Positions 38,494 to 47,631 of a DNA stretch of 64,000 nt are shown here, piece after piece. Position 1 is the stretch's first letter. Every line of letters begins with the position of its first letter. The position numbers and the translations under genes are program-made. A model generated the notes under the pieces. The model was not told the DNA's origin and made no database searches. It was given only the letters and a program-made list of their open reading frames with translations. This DNA is from Candidatus Latescibacterota bacterium (lineage in GTDB: Bacteria; Latescibacterota; UBA2968): contig OZ242195.1 of assembly GCA_965205975.1 (NCBI GenBank), forward strand, positions 5,152,001-5,216,000, written 5' to 3'.

Positions 38494-39450
38494 TCACACG
38501 TGGTTTCTCAACATCAATTCCATGGGGTATGGATTTAAGTAGGTTTGCTCGTGTACCCAATCTGGTACGCGGTTGCGGTTGAGATGGTGTTTTAATAATG
38601 TGATTGGCACGATGAGAGGGAGCAGTCGCTGGCGATAGGATTCGAATACGTCGAGCAGTTCTTTTTTGTCCGCGGTGGTCAGTTCATTTTTTATAAATCC
38701 CATCAAGTGCATCAATACGTTTACGTGTTTGCCCGGTGTGCTCATTACTTTCAGGCCATCCATCAGCAATTTGCCGTATTGAAGCGCTATATCTTCGCGG
38801 GAAGATCCAGCCTGGGCGACCAGTTGGCCCAACTCGCTGTAGTGTTTTGGGCTGTGTGATAGAAGGCTCATTTTGATTCCGGTGTGAAATTTTACCAGGC
38901 TACCGGGTGCTGGATTATGGGTCAACATTTGCTGCCATCGGTAATACATAAATACGCGTTCGATAAAATTTTCCCGCAAGGGCAGATCATTTAGCCGACC
39001 TTCTTCTTCGATGGGCAATAAAGGGAACCGGGCTGTCAATGCTTTTGCAAATAGTCCGCGACCATTGCGCGAGGGTATCTGCGTTTTTGTGTTAAATATC
39101 CTTACGCGAAATAATCCACAACTCGGCGAGTCCTTTTTGAGTATATAACCGTGTAAGTTCAGGTCTGTCAGTTCGTTGAGCCGTTTTTCTGCCCATGTCT
39201 GCATGCCAGCGGTGTGATCTATGCCCGATTTTGGTGCAATGAGCCGCGGTGATTCCGCGTCGCCTTCGAGCCGGATGGTCTCGCGCGGAACGCCCATCCC
39301 CATTTCTACTTCTGGACATACTGGCACCCATTCGACGTAATTGCCCAATACGGTTGTCAAAAATGGCATGTGTTTGTGCCCGCCATTATACCGCACTTCT
39401 TCGCCGAGCAAACACGCACTGACGCCGAGCCTCAGTTTTGATGTTTGCAT
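38494..39450 (-). CDS. DUF523 (TudS thiouracil desulfidase-like) + DUF1722 (YbgA) protein
   Basis: GVSACLLGEEVRYNGGH, VCPEVE.GMGVPRE, KKDSPSCG, EEEGRLND..LRENF, YLNPYP.ELMLRNHV; true start 39450. Confidence 0.9.
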   Translation of the reverse strand: MQTSKLRLGVSACLLGEEVRYNGGHKHMPFLTTVLGNYVEWVPVCPEVEMGMGVPRETIRLEGDAESPRLIAPKSGIDHTAGMQTWAEKRLNELTDLNLHGYILKKDSPSCGLFRVRIFNTKTQIPSRNGRGLFAKALTARFPLLPIEEEGRLNDLPLRENFIERVFMYYRWQQMLTHNPAPGSLVKFHTGIKMSLLSHSPKHYSELGQLVAQAGSSREDIALQYGKLLMDGLKVMSTPGKHVNVLMHLMGFIKNELTTADKKELLDVFESYRQRLLPLIVPITLLKHHLNRNRVPDWVHEQTYLNPYPMELMLRNHV

Positions 39451-39464
39451 TCTGGCCACTCTCC

Positions 39465-40493
39465 TCACACACCCACTGTGCTCGATGCGAGCCACAAATG
39501 GGGATGTGTTTCCAGAATCAGATCTGCCACCTTTTGTACCGCTTTTTTTACTCCCCAGGTGGGGCGCGGCTGACCCATTGGTGCCAGTTTGACCAATAGC
39601 TGATTGTTTTTGCGAAATAAGAGGGATATGCCGAAGTACTGGGCGAGTTCTCCTTCGCGTACCATGACTGAGATGAGGCCGTGATTGTCGGGCAATTGGC
39701 AGTAGATGTCTGTCATTTTGATCACGACCTGCATATTCCGATGGGTTTCGCGCCACACCTGATCTGTGGCATGTTCGATAAGTTTCAGTATTTCTTCGCG
39801 TTGGTATGCACCTTCTAATACGATATTTGGCATTTTCCCGACCTTTTGAATGTGCGTTTCGACTGATGGTTCCGATTTTTGACGCCAGACAAAATAGTGA
39901 ATGGGCACGCCCGTATCTATGGCTTTTTGTTCGTATTTGGTGGGGGTGCGTCCGGGTAATTGGTGAACAGATGGGGTGTTGTAAATGGATTGCAGGTGCG
40001 ATTGTCGCGATAGCACGTCGGTGATCCACGTTGCGTAATCTGCGTGGTCTGTCGCTATGGTTACTTCGCCGCCTGGCTTTAATCGCTCGGCCAGTATTTT
40101 TATAAACGCATCTTGAATGAGACGCCGATTGTGGTGTCGCTCTTTGGGCCATGGATCTGAAAAATTGATCCATATTTCCGATAGGGATTGCGGGGCAAAT
40201 ACGTGTTGTAATAAGAATGCGGCATCGCCCTCTATTGCGCGCACATGATTTAATTTCAGGGCGTTTAACCGCTTAAACAATCGGCGCATGGATCCCCAGG
40301 CGCGTTCGATTCCGACAAAATGTGCATCGGGACGCGACGCTGCCATATCGGATAGGAAATGGCCATTGCCAAATCCGATTTCGAGGATGAGGTCGCCTGG
40401 CCGATCAAAAATCTGTGGCCAATCTATCGGCCAATCCAGTTGCAGCCATGGGACTGTGTATTTTTGGATTTCCTCGCTCAGCGGTAGCGACAT
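39465..40493 (-). CDS. trmB: tRNA (guanine-N7)-methyltransferase with C-terminal extension
   Basis: LEIGFGNG, FVGIE, NFSDPWPKERHHNRRL, ATD...YA, TKYE. Confidence 0.9.
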   Translation of the reverse strand: MSLPLSEEIQKYTVPWLQLDWPIDWPQIFDRPGDLILEIGFGNGHFLSDMAASRPDAHFVGIERAWGSMRRLFKRLNALKLNHVRAIEGDAAFLLQHVFAPQSLSEIWINFSDPWPKERHHNRRLIQDAFIKILAERLKPGGEVTIATDHADYATWITDVLSRQSHLQSIYNTPSVHQLPGRTPTKYEQKAIDTGVPIHYFVWRQKSEPSVETHIQKVGKMPNIVLEGAYQREEILKLIEHATDQVWRETHRNMQVVIKMTDIYCQLPDNHGLISVMVREGELAQYFGISLLFRKNNQLLVKLAPMGQPRPTWGVKKAVQKVADLILETHPHLWLASSTVGV

Positions 40494-40496
40494 GAT

Positions 40497-41327
40497 TTAC
40501 CTGCGGATTTCGGTAAAGCGTTTGACCTGAGCCGTCATTGCCACTTCCGTCGGCAGGCGTTCCATTGAACTGGCGCCGTAAAAGCCATCGACTTCGGGGA
40601 CCCGTTCGAGGATATAAGAGGCGTCTTCTGGTTCGGCAATTGGCCCGCCGTGGCAAAGCGTGATGACATCGTCCCGGATTGATTTGCAGGCATTGCAGAT
40701 TGCCTTTACTTCTTCCACACAGTCATCGAGTGTTTTTGCCGTGTGTGCGCCGATTGTGCCCTTGGTTGTCAATCCCATGTGCGCTACGACGATATCGGCG
40801 CCTGCTTCTGTCATGAGTTGTCCTTCTTGGACATTGAACGCATAGGGCGTTGTGAGCATGTCCATTTCATGGGCAGCCGCGATCATTTCTACTTCGAGGT
40901 GGTAGCCCATTCCGGTTTCTTCCAGATTGGCGCGAAATAATCCATCAATGAGTCCCACGGTTGGAAAATTTTGGATTCCCGCGAAGCCCAGGTCTCTCAA
41001 TTCCCGCAAGAAGTGATCCCGCAACATGAATGGATCTGTCCCGTTCACCCCGGCGAGTACGGGCGTGTGTGTTACGGCTGTGATGACTTCATAAGCCATT
41101 TCTTTTACGATCTCGTTGGCATTGCCATAGGCCAGGACGCCCGATAGCGACCCTCGCCCCGCCATGCGATAGCGTCCCGAATTGTAAATTACGATTAGAT
41201 CAATGCCGCCCGCTTCTTCGCATTTCGCCGAGATTCCCGTGCCCGCACCGCCACCGATGAGCGGCAGTCCATCTGCAATTTTTTTCCGCAAGCGTTCTAA
41301 TATTGATGTTCGGCTCTCTGCCGCCAT
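40497..41327 (-). CDS. TIM-barrel 'signal transduction'/PEP-hydrolase-like family protein
   Basis: [54 protein letters not shown]. Confidence 0.92.
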   Translation of the reverse strand: MAAESRTSILERLRKKIADGLPLIGGGAGTGISAKCEEAGGIDLIVIYNSGRYRMAGRGSLSGVLAYGNANEIVKEMAYEVITAVTHTPVLAGVNGTDPFMLRDHFLRELRDLGFAGIQNFPTVGLIDGLFRANLEETGMGYHLEVEMIAAAHEMDMLTTPYAFNVQEGQLMTEAGADIVVAHMGLTTKGTIGAHTAKTLDDCVEEVKAICNACKSIRDDVITLCHGGPIAEPEDASYILERVPEVDGFYGASSMERLPTEVAMTAQVKRFTEIRR

Positions 41328-41344
41328 TGTTGTCTCCTTGTGGT

Positions 41345-42550
41345 TTACCGTATTTCCTGGAAACTCGCCACCAGTGCTGCTGCAAATTCCGGGTCGTTGA
41401 TATTGTTCGCCAGCCGTTTGATCTGGCGATTTTCCGTTTGTTCGATTTGTGCTTCCAGAGTTTCAAATAATGCCTTATCTGCATCTGGGTCGTGAAAGGG
41501 TTGTCCTTCGTCATCGATTAACGATACGCCGTTTTCCGGAATTAGTATTTGAATTGGCACTGTTGATCGGTTCAATTTGTTCGCTATCCATTCGGCAAAT
41601 TGGCGGTTTTCGTCCGCTGTCGTCCGCATCAATGTGACCTGTGCGTTGTGTACGTGAAGTGTGCGGTTTTTAAATTGTTCGGGGACGGTTTCCTCCGCGC
41701 CAAAATTTACCATGTCGAGCGCACCCAGGCTTACGACATAAGGTATTTCGCGTTCGAGAATGCGATCCATTCGCTCAGGTCCAGCGGGAAATACACCGCC
41801 CACGACTTCGTCGGCGACTTCGGTTGTGGTAATATCCAGAACGCCGTCGATCATCCCGCTTTCGACCAGTTTTTCCATTGCCTGTCCACCCGTCCCTGTG
41901 GCGTGAAATACCAGGCAGTCATATCCGTCTTTTTCCAGTGCTTCGCGGACCATGGTTACACACGGCGTTGTTACGCCAAACATGGTCATTCCAAGCGTGG
42001 GTTTGTCTTCGGCTTCAGTAACAGTATTTACGACCATCCCCGCTATTGCATGCGCTGCATTGCCCAGTACTTGCCGAGATACGCGATTGATTCCGGCTAC
42101 ATCTACTACGGAATACATCATGGCAATATCACAACACCCCACATAAGGCTCGGTGTTGCCACTGGCGACGGTGGATACCATGACTTTGGGTACGCCAATG
42201 GGCAATGCCTGCATTGCCGGCGTGATGAGTGCTGTGCCTCCGCTGCCTCCTATGCCAATAATACCTGCCACGTTGCCTTTGGCGTATTCTTGCAACAAAT
42301 AGGCGCATAATGCTTCTCCCATCGCTGTGACGGCTTCGCCCCGGTCCGTGTGTCCGATTACGGCGCCCGTTCCGCCCGCGTGATAGGCGGCTATGGTTTC
42401 TCGCGATACATCCGGCGCTCCCTGTGCGTCGCTCTGTGTGCCTACATCTATGACTGTTACTTCTGCGCCCGCGTTTCGGATGCATTCGGCGACATACCCG
42501 ATTTCTTCACCTTTGGTATCCATTGTCGCAATTGCGTAAATACGGCTCAT
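41345..42550 (-). CDS. Tm-1-like ATP-binding domain protein (UPF0261)
   Basis: [55 protein letters not shown]. Confidence 0.92.
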   Translation of the reverse strand: MSRIYAIATMDTKGEEIGYVAECIRNAGAEVTVIDVGTQSDAQGAPDVSRETIAAYHAGGTGAVIGHTDRGEAVTAMGEALCAYLLQEYAKGNVAGIIGIGGSGGTALITPAMQALPIGVPKVMVSTVASGNTEPYVGCCDIAMMYSVVDVAGINRVSRQVLGNAAHAIAGMVVNTVTEAEDKPTLGMTMFGVTTPCVTMVREALEKDGYDCLVFHATGTGGQAMEKLVESGMIDGVLDITTTEVADEVVGGVFPAGPERMDRILEREIPYVVSLGALDMVNFGAEETVPEQFKNRTLHVHNAQVTLMRTTADENRQFAEWIANKLNRSTVPIQILIPENGVSLIDDEGQPFHDPDADKALFETLEAQIEQTENRQIKRLANNINDPEFAAALVASFQEIR

Positions 42551-43419
42551 TATAATCTCCTTGATTTTGCGTACGGCGATTGCCGTGGGGGTATTGGCTG
42601 AATAATTTTTCTCTGTTCAGGGGTTAATCGCGCCAGTAATTCTTTTGACGGGACGTAGTGAAATCGCGTGCGGATGAACCGCGGGGAATACCGATAGACC
42701 ACTGTGCGGCGATAGCCTTTGTTCGTGCGCTCGGCTGATCCATGTGAGATTGCGTCTGTGAAGAATAGCGCGTCACCCGCTTTCATGTACATTTCTTTCA
42801 TGCCTGCGGCAGTTCCAGCGGGTTCTTTCCCATAACTCACTTTTCCGTCGCCATCTACCAACAATCTGGGATGTACTTCTGTGCTTTTATGGCTGCCGGG
42901 TATCAGGACTGTTGGTCCGTCTCCGGGTTCTATATCCGTCAATGCGACCAGTACATTGATCTGGCCCACCATCCAGGCGCCTGTGTTGTGTTGCCGAAAG
43001 GTGAGATAACACAAGGGTGCGTGACCGCCGCAGTGGATGTTGATGAATCCGCCAGGTCCACGTACGGTTAAAAAGTTTTCGTGGATCGATATGCCGTTTA
43101 CTTCGGCGTTGATGTAACGCCTGGCCAGGTCAATCCACGATGGATGATCAATTAATCGCTCGAATACCGCGCCAGCTTCAATGATGTTCTGAAAGTTCAA
43201 TCCGTCTTTTTCGCCGTAGGTATGCGTTTCCACATGGCCGATCCACGTGCCCGTATCATTACTCGCACCCCGACGCCTTTTGCCATGCACGTATTCCCAA
43301 TGGTCATCTACCCATTGGTTCATTTCGCGGACATCCTCCTGGGATACCGCGTTTTTCAGGTGCAGATAGCCGTGCAGATCAAATAAATAATCCTGTAATT
43401 GCTGGTCAGAATTATCCAT
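42550..43419 (-). CDS. PhyH-family Fe/2OG enzyme with HxG (halogenase-type) motif
   Basis: YLFDLHGYL, IHCGG in place of HxD, ALTD...DGPT.LIPGSHK, ISHGS, RRTVVY; start 43419. Confidence 0.85.
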   Translation of the reverse strand: MDNSDQQLQDYLFDLHGYLHLKNAVSQEDVREMNQWVDDHWEYVHGKRRRGASNDTGTWIGHVETHTYGEKDGLNFQNIIEAGAVFERLIDHPSWIDLARRYINAEVNGISIHENFLTVRGPGGFINIHCGGHAPLCYLTFRQHNTGAWMVGQINVLVALTDIEPGDGPTVLIPGSHKSTEVHPRLLVDGDGKVSYGKEPAGTAAGMKEMYMKAGDALFFTDAISHGSAERTNKGYRRTVVYRYSPRFIRTRFHYVPSKELLARLTPEQRKIIQPIPPRQSPYAKSRRL

Positions 43420-44230
43420 AGGCCCCCTTCTCATGCCGTCCCAATAACCGCTGCATGCGCGGGTCTGTTCCCGTCCAGACGTATTCTGGCATGCGGTAAT
43501 CAATGAATGGATATAATCGCTGGGCAATGATCCGCTGGCTGTACACGACGGAGCCTACATAGCGCACTTGATCGGATTTGTTTTGCGATCCCCGATGCCA
43601 CACTTGGTTGTGGAACATGCACAGATCGCCCGGGTCGGCAATCATGGATACGGGTCCCTGTCCATCGAATTCGGGGGCTTCCGTTTTGTCCGGTCGCCTG
43701 CCCGCATAATGGCTGCCGGGGACCACTTCTGTGACGCCGTATTCGATGGCGTCGGCCCGGCTCAGCGGGAATAAGACGTTTAATACAAAACAGGGCAATG
43801 GGATTTTTTTGTTGTGCTGGGGAACATTGTCTGGCAATGGAAAGAGTATGCGGTCGTCCAAATGCCATCCACCGCCCTGACCGGGTTCATAACGCAGGGC
43901 ATTTTGCGACATCATGTGGCAATCATCACCCAGGATCGCTTCTGCCAGGCTCACAAATGGCTCCCGCGCGATCAGGTCCCGGAAGTTGATGTCATACTCA
44001 AACATCCGCATCATACTGATGCCCCGAATATGGTCTCCTTCGGCTTCGTGCATTTTCGGGTCCTGATATTTTCGCTCCATTGTCTCCCGCAGTGCGCGTA
44101 CTTCTTTTTCGTTTAATACGCCTTTTAAGAATAAATACCCATCCCGCTGAAATTGTGCGACCAGATCCCGGGTTTTGTCCGGGCTATAAGGTTTGGCGTT
44201 TTTGTCGATTACACTGTTTGTGGTGTACAT
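43412..44230 (-). CDS. PhyH-family Fe/2OG dioxygenase (canonical HxD)
   Basis: FQRDGYL, WHLD, VVPGSH, VWHRG, distal R. Confidence 0.88.
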   Translation of the reverse strand: MYTTNSVIDKNAKPYSPDKTRDLVAQFQRDGYLFLKGVLNEKEVRALRETMERKYQDPKMHEAEGDHIRGISMMRMFEYDINFRDLIAREPFVSLAEAILGDDCHMMSQNALRYEPGQGGGWHLDDRILFPLPDNVPQHNKKIPLPCFVLNVLFPLSRADAIEYGVTEVVPGSHYAGRRPDKTEAPEFDGQGPVSMIADPGDLCMFHNQVWHRGSQNKSDQVRYVGSVVYSQRIIAQRLYPFIDYRMPEYVWTGTDPRMQRLLGRHEKGAYG

Positions 44231-44237
44231 TGCTATC

Positions 44238-45701
44238 TCACTTCATTAACCCCAATATGTCCTCATACACGGCAAGGCCTCCAAAATAGGTAAAGGCGAG
44301 GCCCGAGATGAGATTGAGCGCGACGAGGAACCAGCCCATTTGCAATGGGGGTGGGACGAATTTGCGGTCGATATAGATCATCGCAAAGCACCAGGGTCCA
44401 GCGAGGAGTACCCCGGTGATGTGTAGTGGGATTGTCATAATCGAAATTGGGTTCCAGCCGATGCCATTCGGGTCCTGCGTGGCTGTCCACCAGGCGTATA
44501 TAACCAGTGCGCTACCCGCAATAGCGGTGTATCCCAGTGTCCATTTTCGCACGTCTTTCAATGCCAGATTGCGCCATTTGGGGGTTATTGCGCGTATGCT
44601 TTCATGCGCGGTACGGACGTATAATTCATACGCGCCGTACACGGTGCCAAAAATTGCGAAGAATACGCCGAGCTTGTACAGTCCCGAGAGAAATGTTTTG
44701 ACGCCCGCGCTTTCGTGCAATGCGGTTAAAAATACGACCTGGTGGTTGTAGAGGTCCATACCGGATGGTACGATTTCTCGCGGATGCAAGAGGGCAGCAC
44801 CCAGGATCAAAAAGGCTGCTGTGAATAATAATACACTGGCAAATGATACGAGTGTATCGACCAGTGGTGCTTTTAACCACGCTTTTCCCAATTTGAGATT
44901 TTCTGGGGTTTCCGAGATGATTTCTTCTCCATTGCTGCGTCGGCCAATCATTCCCCACACCTTTTCTCGCAATATGCCCACATATCCCACATAGTCCTGC
45001 ACTCCGCCACCGATTACGCCCATGTACGCGACCATTTCGACAATTAATGTTCGGTCTGCAAATAGCGGATTGCGCGATACCCATTCTGGATATACCGGGA
45101 ATGTGGGGACTACCGCGCCCATTAGCGCGGCGATCCAATCGGGGTTTGCCGCTACTGTCGCTATTAACATGACCAGCAACATCAGTCCCACGAGTGAGGT
45201 TTGCGCCTTTTCCAATAATCCGTAACTCTGTTTCAGGGTTAGCAGGATTAAAAATGCGATAAATACCAGGGCGATTAAATGCGGATATCGCGCCGGGTCG
45301 TCAAATAATATCCACGATGAGATCGTGCCGAGCATGATGGGCAGGCTGGAGAGATAAAATGGGAAGCTCACGACCATGACCACGCCTACAACTGCTGGGC
45401 ACAATCCCCTCGGTCCGGGTAATTGTGCCCAGCGTTCCATGGGGTGCTCGCCGGTTAGTGTCATATATCGCGCTGCGGAATACACTTGAACGACTTTTGT
45501 GATGCAAAACAGGCTGAATGCCCAGAACATCGCATAGCCAAAGATCGCCCCGCTGCGCGATGCCCACACGGTTTCCCCACTTCCGATCGTTACAGATGCG
45601 ATGATCGCGCCGGGTCCAAAGAATTTCAAGAAATCGCCGATCTTCCGCGAACGCAGTGCTGCCGCCAGTTCCGGAAATTCCAATTTTTTTGTTTCTGCCA
45701 T
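44238..45701 (-). CDS. Nramp-like/APC-fold membrane transporter
   Basis: GPGAIIASVTIGSGE, ARYMTLTGE; about 11 hydrophobic segments. Confidence 0.78.
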   Translation of the reverse strand: MAETKKLEFPELAAALRSRKIGDFLKFFGPGAIIASVTIGSGETVWASRSGAIFGYAMFWAFSLFCITKVVQVYSAARYMTLTGEHPMERWAQLPGPRGLCPAVVGVVMVVSFPFYLSSLPIMLGTISSWILFDDPARYPHLIALVFIAFLILLTLKQSYGLLEKAQTSLVGLMLLVMLIATVAANPDWIAALMGAVVPTFPVYPEWVSRNPLFADRTLIVEMVAYMGVIGGGVQDYVGYVGILREKVWGMIGRRSNGEEIISETPENLKLGKAWLKAPLVDTLVSFASVLLFTAAFLILGAALLHPREIVPSGMDLYNHQVVFLTALHESAGVKTFLSGLYKLGVFFAIFGTVYGAYELYVRTAHESIRAITPKWRNLALKDVRKWTLGYTAIAGSALVIYAWWTATQDPNGIGWNPISIMTIPLHITGVLLAGPWCFAMIYIDRKFVPPPLQMGWFLVALNLISGLAFTYFGGLAVYEDILGLMK

Positions 45702-45716
45702 GATTTCTCCTATTTT

Positions 45717-45745
45717 ATCCGCAGATGGACGCAGATGAAAAAGAT
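45717..45745. repeat. Intergenic 10-mer periodic repeat, copy 2
   Basis: ATCCGCAGATGGACGCAGATGAAAAAGAT, similar to 22102-22160. Confidence 0.55.
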
Positions 45746-45780
45746 GGGCGGGGAACGCTATGGAGGGATGGGCCGCGGTG

Positions 45781-46719
45781 CTATTTTACAGCTATTGGAT
45801 TTCCCGGAGAACCCGTGCCGCCTTTCAGGCGCAATGGCGAAAATACAAATGCAAATTCATATACCTGATCTTTTGCCAGTTCTTCCAGGTCCAGGTTTTC
45901 TAAGATGTAAATCCCGTGCTGGGCGATGAGCAGTTGATGTACGGGAAAAGCCAGCGAGGCATCCTCTCCGGGTACGACTTCCAGGCCCCAGGTATCGCCT
46001 GCGACCATTACTATTTTTTTATTTACGAGCCACTGGCCCACAGCCATTCCAATACCCGGCTGGCCTTTGTTGAATGTTTCGTTGTCTTTCATCCACAGGG
46101 TGCCGTGTCCCGTGCGAAAGATTACCACATCGCCTTCTCCCACGGATACATTTTGTTTTTTGAGCGCGCCCTCGGTATCGGCTACTGTGATTACGTATCC
46201 GACTTCTAATCGCTCGACACCTTTGTATCCCGCGATGTCTATCAGTACGCCGCGCGTGAAAAATGACCCCGCCTTTTCCACACCCAATTTTTCCAGGCCA
46301 TAAGGTTTGCTAAAGTTCGAGCTTTTGAAGCCATTGTAATACACATCCTCGTTTCCTACCCGCGTGCCAATATGCCCCAATCCGTCGAATTGTGTACCGA
46401 TTTGACCGATTTCACCACTGAACATTTCATCGTACCATACGAGTTTGTTTTCTCCGAGCGGTCCACCACTTGGGTTGCCCACGATTGTCAAACTGTAGTG
46501 CCGGGAGCCAAATAGCGGTATTCCGTGTTCATATACTTTTCCCAATTGATAGACTTTGCCGGTTTTGATCAATTTGGTCGCTTCCAGGACTTTGGCTGGT
46601 GTCAACCGGTTCGCGGCACCCCGTTCATCTTCGGGACCCCACTCCGATGGCGGTTGCTGGGCATATACTGGCACCAGCATCAAATTGACCAGTAGTGTTA
46701 TAAACAGTATGCGTTTCAC
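45781..46719 (-). CDS. Exported cyclase-family (kynurenine formamidase-like) metallohydrolase
   Basis: Signal peptide; WGPEDERGA.N, GTQFDGLGH, RGVLID, RTG, ENL.LEELA, GGTGSP..P.A. Confidence 0.87.
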   Translation of the reverse strand: MKRILFITLLVNLMLVPVYAQQPPSEWGPEDERGAANRLTPAKVLEATKLIKTGKVYQLGKVYEHGIPLFGSRHYSLTIVGNPSGGPLGENKLVWYDEMFSGEIGQIGTQFDGLGHIGTRVGNEDVYYNGFKSSNFSKPYGLEKLGVEKAGSFFTRGVLIDIAGYKGVERLEVGYVITVADTEGALKKQNVSVGEGDVVIFRTGHGTLWMKDNETFNKGQPGIGMAVGQWLVNKKIVMVAGDTWGLEVVPGEDASLAFPVHQLLIAQHGIYILENLDLEELAKDQVYEFAFVFSPLRLKGGTGSPGNPIAVK

Positions 46720-46747
46720 GATTTCCCTCCTTTAAAAAGATACCGAT

Positions 46748-47623
46748 TCATCGCGTTTTCTCATAAAGCGCGATGCTTACCTGTGTGCCGGGGAATAGTG
46801 TAGATGGATACACCCACATGTCGTCTTCTCGAATGTACACCCGTTCATCTCCCGAGCGAATATGTAAACGCCCGCTGTTTTCCTGACAAATTTGTTTCAC
46901 AATGTATAGACCCAGTCCCCGTGTATCGCCCCGCGAGACGGTTTTCTGAATCGCCATTTTTATTGCCTGTCCGTGCGACCAATGCGCTGTATCGTGTCCT
47001 GTTGATAGGCTCTCGCGAATGCCAATGCCCAGGTCGCATACGCCGATGATTGCAAATTTTCTGTTCAATCTGTGATTGGTATAGCGCTGTGCGACCACAA
47101 ACCCTTTATCTCCGCTGTGGTCCAGGATATTGTGACACAATTCGGCTACGACATTTTTAAATCCCGTAATTTCCCGCACGGTATAGTGTAACTCTTCACT
47201 CAAGATGGTGCCGACCCGCGATTCAATTACGCCCAGAACTTGCTCGATATCGCTCCGCTGTTCGATGGTCGTAATTTCCAGCAGGCTTTCGTTGCGGGTT
47301 CGCGGCTGTCCCGTTTGCGGTACGCGCGCTACTGTTACATAAGTCTTCAGGGCGTCAAATACTTTCATCCGCGTCAAATAGCGCTCGACATCTGAATTTT
47401 CGGGCAGTCGGCACGTAATATCCCAGTATTTTGCACTCAGATGTCGGCCTATCAAACACAACATCCCCATCCCATAAGGATCGACAAAACCCAAATTTGA
47501 CAGATCCAGAACGATGTTGTCTTCGTCTCGTCTGGTCCAGAATGTCTCGAGATCGCGCAGTACATTATCACACGAGACAGCAGACAAATTCTGTTCCGCT
47601 ATCGCCAGCGTGTTGTTATCCAT
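46748..47623 (-). CDS. STAS-like + HATPase_c domain protein
   Basis: VLDLSNLGFVDP.G (STAS-like); ELCHNILDHS, DLGIGI, GLGL, FPGT (Bergerat fold). Confidence 0.78.
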   Translation of the reverse strand: MDNNTLAIAEQNLSAVSCDNVLRDLETFWTRRDEDNIVLDLSNLGFVDPYGMGMLCLIGRHLSAKYWDITCRLPENSDVERYLTRMKVFDALKTYVTVARVPQTGQPRTRNESLLEITTIEQRSDIEQVLGVIESRVGTILSEELHYTVREITGFKNVVAELCHNILDHSGDKGFVVAQRYTNHRLNRKFAIIGVCDLGIGIRESLSTGHDTAHWSHGQAIKMAIQKTVSRGDTRGLGLYIVKQICQENSGRLHIRSGDERVYIREDDMWVYPSTLFPGTQVSIALYEKTR

Positions 47624-47631
47624 GTGATCGT

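Noticed and set aside
39451..40173. N-terminal 240-aa extension of the 559-aa track ORF 38494..40173
   Set aside because: It overlaps trmB in another frame and has no recognisable motif; the DUF523 domain starts at ATG 39450
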